A program made the translations under genes and the position numbers. A stretch of DNA of 50,077 nucleotides, from the sequence record DRR723986_593; one strand, written 5' to 3'. A model generated the notes under the pieces. The model made no database searches, was not told the origin of the DNA, and worked only from the letters and a program-made list of their open reading frames with translations. Shown here in pieces: positions 29,723-38,498 of the stretch; position 1 is the first letter of the stretch; each line of letters begins with the position of its first letter.

Positions 29723-31270
29723 ATGACCAAACTACTGGCAACCACCGCTCTTGCTTCGCTCATGGCGACAAGTGCCTTCGCAACAGAACTCACCGTTGGT
29801 GCAGCCAACGTGTCCAGTTACCTAGATCCGGGTCGTGATCACTCGAATGTCGGCTCACAGTTCTACTACAACGCCTTCGATACGCTGATCGCCAAGAACC
29901 ACGACACCACCGACACTGAATGGCAGCCGGGCCTTGCGACAGAGTGGAAACTTGTCGAACCGACGATCATGGAACTGAAACTGCGCGAAGGCGTGAAGTT
30001 CCACAATGGTGCCGACATGACCGCCGACGACGTCGTGTTCTCGCTGAACCGGATGTATCAGGCCGACTTCCCACCCTATCAGGTGCGTGCCCGGGACCGT
30101 CTTGAAAACTTCGAGAAGGCCGAGAAGGTCGATGATCTCACCGTGCGCATCCATGCAAAGCGCCCGGAGCCGCTTTGGGAAACACTGCTGAACCTGCAGC
30201 AGGTCATGATCATTCCGGAAGCTTACACCAAGAGCCTTGCAGGCGCCCCGGACAAGCTTGAGCATGACGACTTTGAAGCCTTTTCCCTGAAGCCGGTCGG
30301 CACCGGACCATACAAGGTTGCCGAATTCGTACCGGGCGAAACAGTGGTCTGGGAACGTTTTGACGACTTCTGGGGCGAAAAGGCACCGCTCGACAAGGTC
30401 ACTGTCCGGCATATGCCGGAGACTGCTTCACGCATCACGGCCCTGAAAACAGGTGAAGCCGACATCGTCACCAACATCGCACCTGACCAGCTTCAGCTGA
30501 TCGAGAACGATCCGGACATGAAGGCCGCCGGCAGCGCCACTGCCCTCTTCCACGTCATGATCATGAATGTGAACCATCCGAAACTGAAGGATGCCCGCAT
30601 CCGTCAGGCCCTGTCGCTCGCCATCGACCGTGACACGCTGAACGAAGCCCTGTGGGGTGGCAAGGCCGTGGTTCCGTCCACGCACACGCTTGCGGAATTC
30701 GGCGAACTGTACCAGCCGGAGCTGACCACCTTCGAATACAATCCGGAGAAAGCCAGGGAACTGCTCAAGGAAGCAGGCTATGACGGCTTCGAAATCACCT
30801 ACGACACCGCGCCGGGTTACTACACCAACGGCCTTCTGGCGGCCCAAGCCATCATGGAGATGTGGGCGGAAGTCGGTATCAAGGGCAAGGTCAACGTCCA
30901 GGACAAATGGAGCGGCAACTCACCGGACATGATGACCCGCAACTGGTCCAACCCGATGTATTTCGCCGACCCTTTCGGCAGCTTCGGCGTCATGTGGGCT
31001 CCGAATGGTCCGTCTGAATCCGAAGGCCGTTTCAACACCGACGAAGACTACGCCAAGAGCTGGGAGCAGTTCCGCTTTAACGGTGATGTCGAGTTGCGCC
31101 GCGCGGCCTATGCGGAGCTGATGGAGCGCATCAAGCAGGATCCGCCGGTGCTGCCGCTGTATCGCCCCTATGAAAGCTGGGCGATGAAGACCAACGTCAA
31201 CTGGGCTCCCAAGCCGGGTCACATTCCCTACGTGCTCGACTTCCGCGCCGGCTCCATTTCGTTCAACTAA
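29723..31270 (+). CDS. Family-5 ABC substrate-binding protein, AccA (agrocinopine-binding)-like
   Basis: Signal peptide, FHNG..MTADDV and PVGTGPY. SNVG, FDTLIA, YYTN, RNWSN, LYRPY and the DFR..SF end recall Agrobacterium AccA (from memory, not aligned). Confidence 0.88.
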   Translation: MTKLLATTALASLMATSAFATELTVGAANVSSYLDPGRDHSNVGSQFYYNAFDTLIAKNHDTTDTEWQPGLATEWKLVEPTIMELKLREGVKFHNGADMTADDVVFSLNRMYQADFPPYQVRARDRLENFEKAEKVDDLTVRIHAKRPEPLWETLLNLQQVMIIPEAYTKSLAGAPDKLEHDDFEAFSLKPVGTGPYKVAEFVPGETVVWERFDDFWGEKAPLDKVTVRHMPETASRITALKTGEADIVTNIAPDQLQLIENDPDMKAAGSATALFHVMIMNVNHPKLKDARIRQALSLAIDRDTLNEALWGGKAVVPSTHTLAEFGELYQPELTTFEYNPEKARELLKEAGYDGFEITYDTAPGYYTNGLLAAQAIMEMWAEVGIKGKVNVQDKWSGNSPDMMTRNWSNPMYFADPFGSFGVMWAPNGPSESEGRFNTDEDYAKSWEQFRFNGDVELRRAAYAELMERIKQDPPVLPLYRPYESWAMKTNVNWAPKPGHIPYVLDFRAGSISFN

Positions 31271-31277
31271 GCAAAAA

Positions 31278-31307
31278 AAGGCGCCGCCGGTACACCGGCG
31301 GCGCTTT
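31278..31307. terminator. Hairpin after the SBP gene
   Basis: GCGCCGCCGG-TACA-CCGGCGGCGC flanked by A7 and TTT. Confidence 0.7.
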
Positions 31308-31339
31308 CCCTAACCTATGATCAATTCAGGAATTTCAAC

Positions 31340-32212
31340 GTGTCCGTACGCATTGCTGTTGTCGCCGACATCCACCACGGCAAACCTTCCGCTACCAAGC
31401 GCGGTGACACTGCCCTCGACCTGATGGCCGAGTTTGCCCGTTTCGCCAACGATGCCGCCCCCGATTTCGTCGTCGACCTGGGCGATCGGATTTCCGATAT
31501 GGACCGCGACACGGACCTTCAGCTGGAACGCGAAGTCGCAGAGGCCTTCAAGGCCGTCAATGCTCCGGTCCACCACATCAACGGCAATCACGACCGCGAT
31601 CACCTGGATGTTTCGGACAACGAGGAAATCCTCGGTCAGTCCCTCGCCAACGCGACCTTTGATGCAGGTGACTGGAGAATTGCGCTTTGGCGCGCAGACA
31701 GCAAGATCCATCGGACGCCGGAGCATTCAGGATTCATTCTGCATGAGGCCGATCTATTGTGGCTGTCACGCGTTGCACAGAACACGGACAAGCCTCTTCT
31801 GGTGCTCAGTCACGTTCCCGTTTCCGGTCATGGCCAGATCGGTAACTACTACTTCGAACGCAATCCGTCAGCTTCCACCTACCCGATGGCAGAACGTGCC
31901 CGCGCGGCACTGGCGCAGTCCCGGCAGCCGGTGGTCTGTCTGTCCGGCCACGTTCACTGGAACACAATCACCACGGTGGACGGCATTACCCATCTGACAC
32001 AGCAGTCGCTCACCGAAAGCTTCACCACCAGGGGCGAACCTGCAGGTGCCTTCGGTTTGCTTGAGCTTGGCGAAACCGTCTCCTGGCAGGTGCAGGGCCT
32101 CGACCCGATTGCCCATTCGTTCAAGCCTCATGCCGACCGCTGGACACCGCCGCTACCGGACTTCAACCAGCACCCGGAATTTGCAGCAAGACGCCGCGGA
32201 GATCTCAAATGA
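31340..32212 (+). CDS. Calcineurin-like metallophosphoesterase
   Basis: All five motifs present: DIH, GD, GNHD, H(VP), GHVH. GTG start. Confidence 0.92.
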   Translation: MSVRIAVVADIHHGKPSATKRGDTALDLMAEFARFANDAAPDFVVDLGDRISDMDRDTDLQLEREVAEAFKAVNAPVHHINGNHDRDHLDVSDNEEILGQSLANATFDAGDWRIALWRADSKIHRTPEHSGFILHEADLLWLSRVAQNTDKPLLVLSHVPVSGHGQIGNYYFERNPSASTYPMAERARAALAQSRQPVVCLSGHVHWNTITTVDGITHLTQQSLTESFTTRGEPAGAFGLLELGETVSWQVQGLDPIAHSFKPHADRWTPPLPDFNQHPEFAARRRGDLK

Positions 32213-33891
32213 CCAAGCCGGTACTGGACGTTCAGGACCTCAGGATTTCTTTCGGTACTCATGAAGCCGTGAAGGGAATTTCCTTTGCAATTCATGCGCG
32301 CGAGACACTTGCGCTGGTCGGAGAGTCCGGTTCCGGCAAATCGGCCACGGCACTTTCCATCCTGCGGCTGATCGAACGAGAAGGTGGAACGATTGGCGGC
32401 GGCAGCATCCGCCTGAACGATGGTGATCGCTCCCATGACTTGCGAAGCCTGTCGGATGCACAGCTGACAGCTCTGCGCGGCAATGTCATTTCCATGGTCT
32501 TTCAGGAGCCGATGACCTCACTCAACCCGGTTCTGAAAATCGGCGACCAGGTTGGCGAGGTCTTCATTCGCCACCGGAAGTTCGACAGGCGCAAGGCCAT
32601 GCAAGCCGCGGAAGAAGCCCTCGATCAGGTGCGCATTCCGGATCCGGCGCGGCGGCTGCAGCAATATCCGCACGAACTTTCCGGCGGCCTGCGTCAACGG
32701 GTGATGATTGCAATGGCGCTCGCCTGCAGGCCCAAACTGCTGATCTGCGATGAACCGACAACGGCTCTGGATGTCACCACCCAGGCAGAGATCCTGACAC
32801 TGATCCGGAACCTTCAAGCCGAAATCGGCATGGGCGTTCTGTTCATCACCCACGACATGGGCGTCGTTGCCGAGATTGCCGACCGGGTCGTCGTCCTTCG
32901 CAACGGCGAAAAGATGGAAGAAGCCAGCGTTCACGATCTTTTCGAACGACCGAAAGCTGCCTACACAAAGGCGCTGATGGCAGCAACGCCGAAACCGGGT
33001 TCCGGAACCAGCACGCAGGAGGCCGGGACCGAGACAGTGCTGGATGTTGAGCAACTGTCGACACGATTTGCCGGCAAATCCGGCTTGTTTTCAAGGAAAT
33101 CCGGCGGCGTTCTGGCAGTGAACCGCGTTTCGCTGAAGGTTGCGCGTGGCGAGACACTTGGTCTGGTAGGCGAATCCGGTTGCGGCAAGTCGACCCTGGC
33201 GCGGTCCATTCTGCACCTGATCGAACCTGAAAGCGGATCTGTCCGGCTTGACGGCAATGTTCTGAACAGCTCCTCCCGGCAGGCGCTCCGCGAAACGCGG
33301 AAGGACATGCAGATGGTGTTTCAGGACCCTTATGCGAGCCTCAATCCGCGGCTTCCGGTGCATGAGCTGATCACGGAGCCGGCGCGGATCCACGGCCTTG
33401 TCTCGCGCAAGGACCAGAAGGAACTCGCAGCGGATCTGGTTGAAAGGGTTGGACTGGAGCGCGATGCCATCAATCGCTTCGTGCACCAATTCTCCGGCGG
33501 ACAACGTCAGCGTCTGTGCATTGCGCGTGCCTTGTCGGTGGAACCGAAACTCATCATTGCGGACGAAGCGGTTTCCGCGCTGGATGTTTCCATTGCCCGG
33601 CAGATCACTGATCTGATGCTGGAACTGCAACGCACGGAAGGTCTGTCGTTCCTGTTCATCTCACACGATATCGGCGTGGTGGAGCGGGTCAGTCACCGCA
33701 TTGCCGTGATGTACAAGGGCGAGATTGTCGAAACCGGTCCAACCGAACAGATTCTGAAAAACCCGCAGCACCCGTACACACGCCGCCTGTTGTCTGCCGT
33801 TCCAACCCCGATGCCGAAGCAACGCCGCAAGTCTGCGGAGGCCTTCACGGCATTTCCGCAGGAAAGCACGACACTGGCGGCGATGGCGTAA
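32209..33891 (+). CDS. Fused double-domain ABC ATP-binding protein (DppDF-like)
   Basis: Two Walker A motifs ([16 protein letters not shown]), LSGG / FSGG signatures and HPYT. Confidence 0.95.
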   Translation: MTKPVLDVQDLRISFGTHEAVKGISFAIHARETLALVGESGSGKSATALSILRLIEREGGTIGGGSIRLNDGDRSHDLRSLSDAQLTALRGNVISMVFQEPMTSLNPVLKIGDQVGEVFIRHRKFDRRKAMQAAEEALDQVRIPDPARRLQQYPHELSGGLRQRVMIAMALACRPKLLICDEPTTALDVTTQAEILTLIRNLQAEIGMGVLFITHDMGVVAEIADRVVVLRNGEKMEEASVHDLFERPKAAYTKALMAATPKPGSGTSTQEAGTETVLDVEQLSTRFAGKSGLFSRKSGGVLAVNRVSLKVARGETLGLVGESGCGKSTLARSILHLIEPESGSVRLDGNVLNSSSRQALRETRKDMQMVFQDPYASLNPRLPVHELITEPARIHGLVSRKDQKELAADLVERVGLERDAINRFVHQFSGGQRQRLCIARALSVEPKLIIADEAVSALDVSIARQITDLMLELQRTEGLSFLFISHDIGVVERVSHRIAVMYKGEIVETGPTEQILKNPQHPYTRRLLSAVPTPMPKQRRKSAEAFTAFPQESTTLAAMA

Positions 33892-34012
33892 CCAACGTCA
33901 GGCCAATTCGTTCCGGTGCAATCTGTTTCAGGAATATGGGGTCTCTTTACTGGCCCCTCACCCGGCAACACGCTATATCCTTGCCCCGGACGGACACAGA
34001 CCTGGAGCTGCC

Positions 34013-34987
34013 ATGAGCGGATTGCTTGCCCTACTCGATGACGTTGCCGCAATCGCCAAGATTGCCGCGGCCTCCGCGGATGACGTGATCGGCCAGGCGG
34101 CCAAGGCGGGCGCGAAAGCGGCCGGAGCCGTGATCGACGACGCAGCCGTCACTCCGAAATATGTCGCCGGATTTTCCCCTGCACGCGAAATTCCGATCGT
34201 CTGGCGGATCGCGAAGGGATCAATCAAGAACAAGCTGATCTTCCTGCTTCCTGCCGGCCTCGTACTCAATGAGTTTCTACCAGGTATCATTACACCGTTG
34301 CTGATGCTGGGTGGCGCCTACCTGTGTTTTGAGGGGGCGGAAAAGATCTATCACATCTTCAAGCCCCATCATCATGACGCCGACGAGCCGGAAGGCTTCG
34401 TTGCCGACCCGTTGCATCTGGAAGAACAGAAGGTTTCCGGCGCCATCAAGACCGACTTCATCCTGTCGGCGGAAATCATGACGATCGCCCTCGCCGAGAT
34501 TCCTGAAAGCACCATCTGGATGGAAGCCGCCACGCTTGCAGTGGTCGCAATCGGAATCACCGTTCTCGTTTATGGCTCCGTTGCCTTGCTGGTAAAGGCG
34601 GACGACTTCGGCCTGATGCTGACGCGCAGAGGCCGCCTGTCGCTGACCCGCGCCATCGGCCACGGCATTGTGAAAGCCATGCCCGGCTTCATGAAACTGC
34701 TGATGACAGTTGGTACCGCCGCCATGCTTTGGGTCGGTGGCTCCATCGTGCTGCATGGTATGGACGTTCTGGGCTTCGGGCAGATCTACGGCATCATCCA
34801 CGACATTGCCCACAACGTGGCTCATTCGGTACAGGTCGCTCAAGGCTTCCTCACATGGGTGGTAACGGCAAGCCTGGACGGTCTGTTCGGCCTTGCACTC
34901 GGCATGCTGCTGATCCCGGTCACCAGCAAGGTGATCCTGCCGGTCTGGCGGCTCGTCAGAGGCAAGTCAGCCGCGAAGAGCCACTGA
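34013..34987 (+). CDS. DUF808 (YedI-like) membrane protein
   Basis: LLALLDD, KAAGAVIDDAAVTP, AIKTDFILSAEIM and GTAAMLWVGG motifs. Confidence 0.9.
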   Translation: MSGLLALLDDVAAIAKIAAASADDVIGQAAKAGAKAAGAVIDDAAVTPKYVAGFSPAREIPIVWRIAKGSIKNKLIFLLPAGLVLNEFLPGIITPLLMLGGAYLCFEGAEKIYHIFKPHHHDADEPEGFVADPLHLEEQKVSGAIKTDFILSAEIMTIALAEIPESTIWMEAATLAVVAIGITVLVYGSVALLVKADDFGLMLTRRGRLSLTRAIGHGIVKAMPGFMKLLMTVGTAAMLWVGGSIVLHGMDVLGFGQIYGIIHDIAHNVAHSVQVAQGFLTWVVTASLDGLFGLALGMLLIPVTSKVILPVWRLVRGKSAAKSH

Positions 34988-35007
34988 CCTTCCAGCGGTC
35001 GGCTCGG

Positions 35008-35050
35008 AAAAAACAAAGGCAATCGATAGGAGACAGTCGATTGCCTTTTT
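35008..35050. terminator. Bidirectional rho-independent terminator
   Basis: AAAGGCAATCGA-TAGGAGACAG-TCGATTGCCTTT, a 12-bp stem with an A tract on the left and a T tract on the right. Confidence 0.8.
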
Positions 35051-35142
35051 CGTGAGAGAGCAACGCGTAGGATTTTCTGTACTTCGACGAAACCGGGACA
35101 TGTCAGCCCGACAGCCTGCTCCCAGTCGCTCAAGGTCAGTTC

Positions 35143-35277
35143 CTAAAACGTATTGAAGCTTGAGGGGTCTTCTGGTTGTGCAAACGCGGTGTAACACTCA
35201 ACGGTAAGTGCCGTACCGACGAAGCCAGACTTCATGATGACATAGGCATAGGCCATGAAGGTGCGGTCATAGGGCAC
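35143..35277 (-). CDS. Candidate 44-aa small protein MPYDRTFMAYAYVIMKSGFVGTALTVECYTAFAQPEDPSSFNTF
   Basis: GTG start with AAGGA 7 nt upstream and TAG stop. Lies in an otherwise empty 440-nt gap and is below the ORF-track size cut-off. Confidence 0.35.
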   Translation of the reverse strand: MPYDRTFMAYAYVIMKSGFVGTALTVECYTAFAQPEDPSSFNTF

Positions 35278-35424
35278 CTACGGGTCCTTGTCGCAGTCAA
35301 CGATCCGCCACGCCCTTAAACACCTGCAAGCGCGAGAAGTTCAAATTAGCGTTTAGATCCAAATAAAATTCTACCTTCGCAAATTCGAGCATTGCGATTG
35401 AACGGGCATGGTTGGCTCTGCAGA

Positions 35425-36147
35425 TCAGGCTTCGGCGTTACCGGGCAAAAGCATCCCGATTTCTTCGCCCGACAGGAACATTGCAAAGAGATCTGCCGCC
35501 TTGTTCGCATCAAGAGGCATGGTCTCGATCCGTTTCGGCAGATCAGCGCGCTGCGTGTCGTTCAAAACATATCCGCGCAGCTTCACAATGCCCGCAAGAT
35601 AGTCCGGATCTATTTCCGGATGCGGCTGACATGTCAGGATCCGGCCAGGCAGATGAAGCCCGGCAATCGGGCAACCTGAACTGCTTGCAACAACTTCAAG
35701 CCCCTTGGGCGCAATTGTGACCTGGTCCTGATGCCAGGCATTGAGCACCAGTTTTTCGTGACCGAAACCGCGATAGGTTTCCGGGCCTGCGGTAAATCCC
35801 CTAGGCGACCTCTCCACCTTACCACCAAGGGCCTGAGCAATGATCTGGTGACCGAAGCAAACACCGATCAGAGGTCGCTCGCTCTGGTGGATAGCGCGGA
35901 TAAAATCCTCAAGCTGCGGAATCCAGTCGTGGTCTTCGTAGGCTCCGTGGCGAGACCCGGTTATCAACCAGGAATCCGCTGCTTCCGGCCCATCGGGGAA
36001 CTGGCCCGCCTCAACATCATAGGTCGTGAAGGAAAACCCGCGACCGGCCAGCAACTGCCGGAAGCATGCGTCGTAGTCGCCCAATTCCTGTGCCAGTTCG
36101 TCGGGGGCATGCCCGGGCTGCAAGATGCCGATATGTCTGGAGTTCAT
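35425..36147 (-). CDS. Type 1 glutamine amidotransferase (GMP-synthase-like)
   Basis: ITGSRHG, GVCFGHQ, WHQDQV and QPHPE; Cys-His-Glu triad intact. Confidence 0.92.
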   Translation of the reverse strand: MNSRHIGILQPGHAPDELAQELGDYDACFRQLLAGRGFSFTTYDVEAGQFPDGPEAADSWLITGSRHGAYEDHDWIPQLEDFIRAIHQSERPLIGVCFGHQIIAQALGGKVERSPRGFTAGPETYRGFGHEKLVLNAWHQDQVTIAPKGLEVVASSSGCPIAGLHLPGRILTCQPHPEIDPDYLAGIVKLRGYVLNDTQRADLPKRIETMPLDANKAADLFAMFLSGEEIGMLLPGNAEA

Positions 36148-36187
36148 CGATAGGTCTCGTCTGGCGAATCCGGCTGGCGCCGATCGC

Positions 36188-36886
36188 TCATGATTGACCG
36201 CTCTTTGCAGCATCCGCAAGACACGCGCCAAGTTTGCGCTTCTGCTCTCCGGACGGCTCGAAATTCTCTGCGGCCAACCAGGCTTCATAGCCCTTTTTCA
36301 GGGTCGGCCATTCCTTGTCGATCATGGAGAACCACGCCGTATCGCGATTGAGACCCTTGACGACAAGATGCTGCCGGAAGACGCCCTCCTCGCTGAAACC
36401 GAAACGCACGGCGGCCTGTCTGGACGGAATGTTGTCGTTGTTGCACTTCCATTCGAAGCGCCGATAACCAAGATCATCGAACACATATTTCATGAACAGA
36501 TAGAGGGCTTCGGTCGCCCCGCGTTTGCGAGAGATCAGCAGTCCCCAATAGATATTTCCAATTTCGATGACGCCGTTGGCCTCGTCGATCCGCATAAGCG
36601 TCTGCCGCCCGGCTACTTTGCCGGTTTCCTTGTCCACGATGACAAAAAAGAGCGGATCCTTGCTGGCTGCAGCCTTTTCCACCCACTCACGGAAAGCGGC
36701 TTCCGATTCCGGTGGATACTCAGGCAGCCAGCGGAATTTCTGATCGCCGTCCGGCACATCGGAAGCTTCGAATAGCCCGGACGTGTGACGCACCGGGTCA
36801 AGCGGCTCCAGAACAACGTAACGGCCCTCAATCGGCTTGTGCTCCGGCCGGGGACGCGCGGTCCAATGGCTAAGGTCTTCAGGCAT
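36188..36886 (-). CDS. GNAT N-acetyltransferase (RimJ/RimL-like)
   Basis: IEIG, LGYRRFEWKC..N..S..AA.RFGF..EGVFRQH and NRDTAWFS motifs. GGAG before ATG 36886. Confidence 0.92.
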   Translation of the reverse strand: MPEDLSHWTARPRPEHKPIEGRYVVLEPLDPVRHTSGLFEASDVPDGDQKFRWLPEYPPESEAAFREWVEKAAASKDPLFFVIVDKETGKVAGRQTLMRIDEANGVIEIGNIYWGLLISRKRGATEALYLFMKYVFDDLGYRRFEWKCNNDNIPSRQAAVRFGFSEEGVFRQHLVVKGLNRDTAWFSMIDKEWPTLKKGYEAWLAAENFEPSGEQKRKLGACLADAAKSGQS

Positions 36887-37118
36887 GATCATCTCCGGAA
36901 AGGCCATGGCTAGCATGTGCCAGCAGTTTGCTACCAGCAGGTTCCCACTGTCTACCGCTTCACTGGTACCGCGAGAAGATCCAGTTCCTCGAGACCAACA
37001 GAACCAGTTTGGCGGCTCTTTTCCTTTAGGCCACACCACGCCGTAAAGGAGCAACGAAGCCCATCTGCAACCAACAAAACTCGTGTTAAGCTCCACCGGT
37101 TTCTGGAGGAGGCAAACC

Positions 37119-38276
37119 ATGACTTCGGGTGTAACGGTGCTTGTCGGGACCACCAAGGGAGCGTTCCTGCTGAACGGTGGAAGCGACCGTGGAGGCTGGA
37201 AGGTAAAGGGACCTTTCTGCGATGGCTGGCCGATCAATCACGTGATCGGCGATCCGGAAAGCGGCACGATCTGGGCCGGCGGCGGCGGCGAATGGTCCGG
37301 CGCGGGCGTCTGGCGTTCTGTCGACGGCGGCGAGACTTGGGAAGTTACTCGACTGACCAAAGGGACGCTCGACGACTGGGCAGCCAATGATCCCGAGACG
37401 GCCAAGTTTTTGAATTGGACACCTCAGGACCTGCCTTTTGCGGACGACTTTTCGCAAATCTGGTCGCTCGGGTATGCCCACGGCACGCTCTACGCCGGCA
37501 CCAAGCCCGCAAGATTTCTCGCCAGCCGGGATGGCGGCAAGAGCTTCGCGCATCTGGAAGGGCTTGCCAATCATCCGTCCGCAGACAGCTGGAACCCGGG
37601 TGCGGCCGGCCTTGTGCTGCACACGATCGTTTCCGACCCGGACAATCCGAAGAAGCTCTGGATAGGCATTTCTGCGGCAGGCGTTTTCGCCAGCGAAGAT
37701 GGCGGCATGACCTGGGAGCGACGGAACCGGCTGTCCAACGCGGCCGCCTGTGAGGGACATGACCACCCTGCCTCCCCGCGTGACGGCGAGACCGGTCATT
37801 GCGTTCACAACATGATGCGTGCTCCTGGCGACAATGACCTGCTTTATCAGCAGAACCACCACGGCGTCTGGCGGTCCGCAGACGGCGGGCTCAACTGGGA
37901 CAACATCACCGACGGCCTGCCCTCCACTTTCGGCTTCCCGATCCGCGTTCATCCGCGAGATCCTGACACCATCTGGACGCTCCCGCTGAACGGAGACACC
38001 GAAGGCCGGTTTCCACCCGGTGCGGCGGCAGCCGTGTGGAAGTCTGAAGACGGTGGCCGAACCTGGTGGGACAAGCGTGAGGGCCTTCCGCAGGAAGCCT
38101 GCTTCTTCACGGTTCTGCGTCAGGCGATGGGCGGCGACACACGAGACCCCGCCGGGCTCTACTTCGGCACAAACTCAGGCTCGGTTTTCGCCAGCCTGGA
38201 TGAAGGTGAGACCTGGCAGGAAATTGCCCGCCATTTGCCGACAGTGCTGGCCGTTGAGGTTTTGGACCGAGGATAA
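37119..38276 (+). CDS. BNR/Asp-box beta-propeller protein (WD40/YVTN/BNR-like)
   Basis: Repeated S.DGG.TW Asp-boxes, VLVGTTKGAF and QQNHHGV. GGAGG SD. Confidence 0.88.
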   Translation: MTSGVTVLVGTTKGAFLLNGGSDRGGWKVKGPFCDGWPINHVIGDPESGTIWAGGGGEWSGAGVWRSVDGGETWEVTRLTKGTLDDWAANDPETAKFLNWTPQDLPFADDFSQIWSLGYAHGTLYAGTKPARFLASRDGGKSFAHLEGLANHPSADSWNPGAAGLVLHTIVSDPDNPKKLWIGISAAGVFASEDGGMTWERRNRLSNAAACEGHDHPASPRDGETGHCVHNMMRAPGDNDLLYQQNHHGVWRSADGGLNWDNITDGLPSTFGFPIRVHPRDPDTIWTLPLNGDTEGRFPPGAAAAVWKSEDGGRTWWDKREGLPQEACFFTVLRQAMGGDTRDPAGLYFGTNSGSVFASLDEGETWQEIARHLPTVLAVEVLDRG

Positions 38277-38460
38277 AACCAGCTGACATCGAGAAGGCCC
38301 TGCTGCCAACTCGCTGCTACACGTTCGTCACGACCACATCTTCCTGGACACAAAGACCGTTCAGCACGCGCGCTGTTCGCCAGCCGTCCATTGTTCGCAA
38401 GCTCCCCTGGGTGCCCCACCCTGAAGCGAATGATTGGTGACATTCCGGCACGACCTCTGT

Positions 38461-38482
38461 ATACAGTCAATATCCAGTCAAT
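38461..38482 (+). promoter_or_regulatory. Tandem 11-bp direct repeat upstream of MocR (autoregulatory operator candidate)
   Basis: ATACAGTCAAT-ATCCAGTCAAT. Confidence 0.6.
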
Positions 38483-38498
38483 TTGAAAGCAATTCTTC

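Noticed and set aside
34840-35133. 97-aa minus-strand ORF downstream of the small ORF
   Set aside because: It runs through a strong terminator and into the DUF808 gene on the opposite strand.
36908-36924. TGGCAC...TAGC upstream of the GNAT gene as a sigma54 promoter
   Set aside because: The spacing is GG-N9-GC, one base short.
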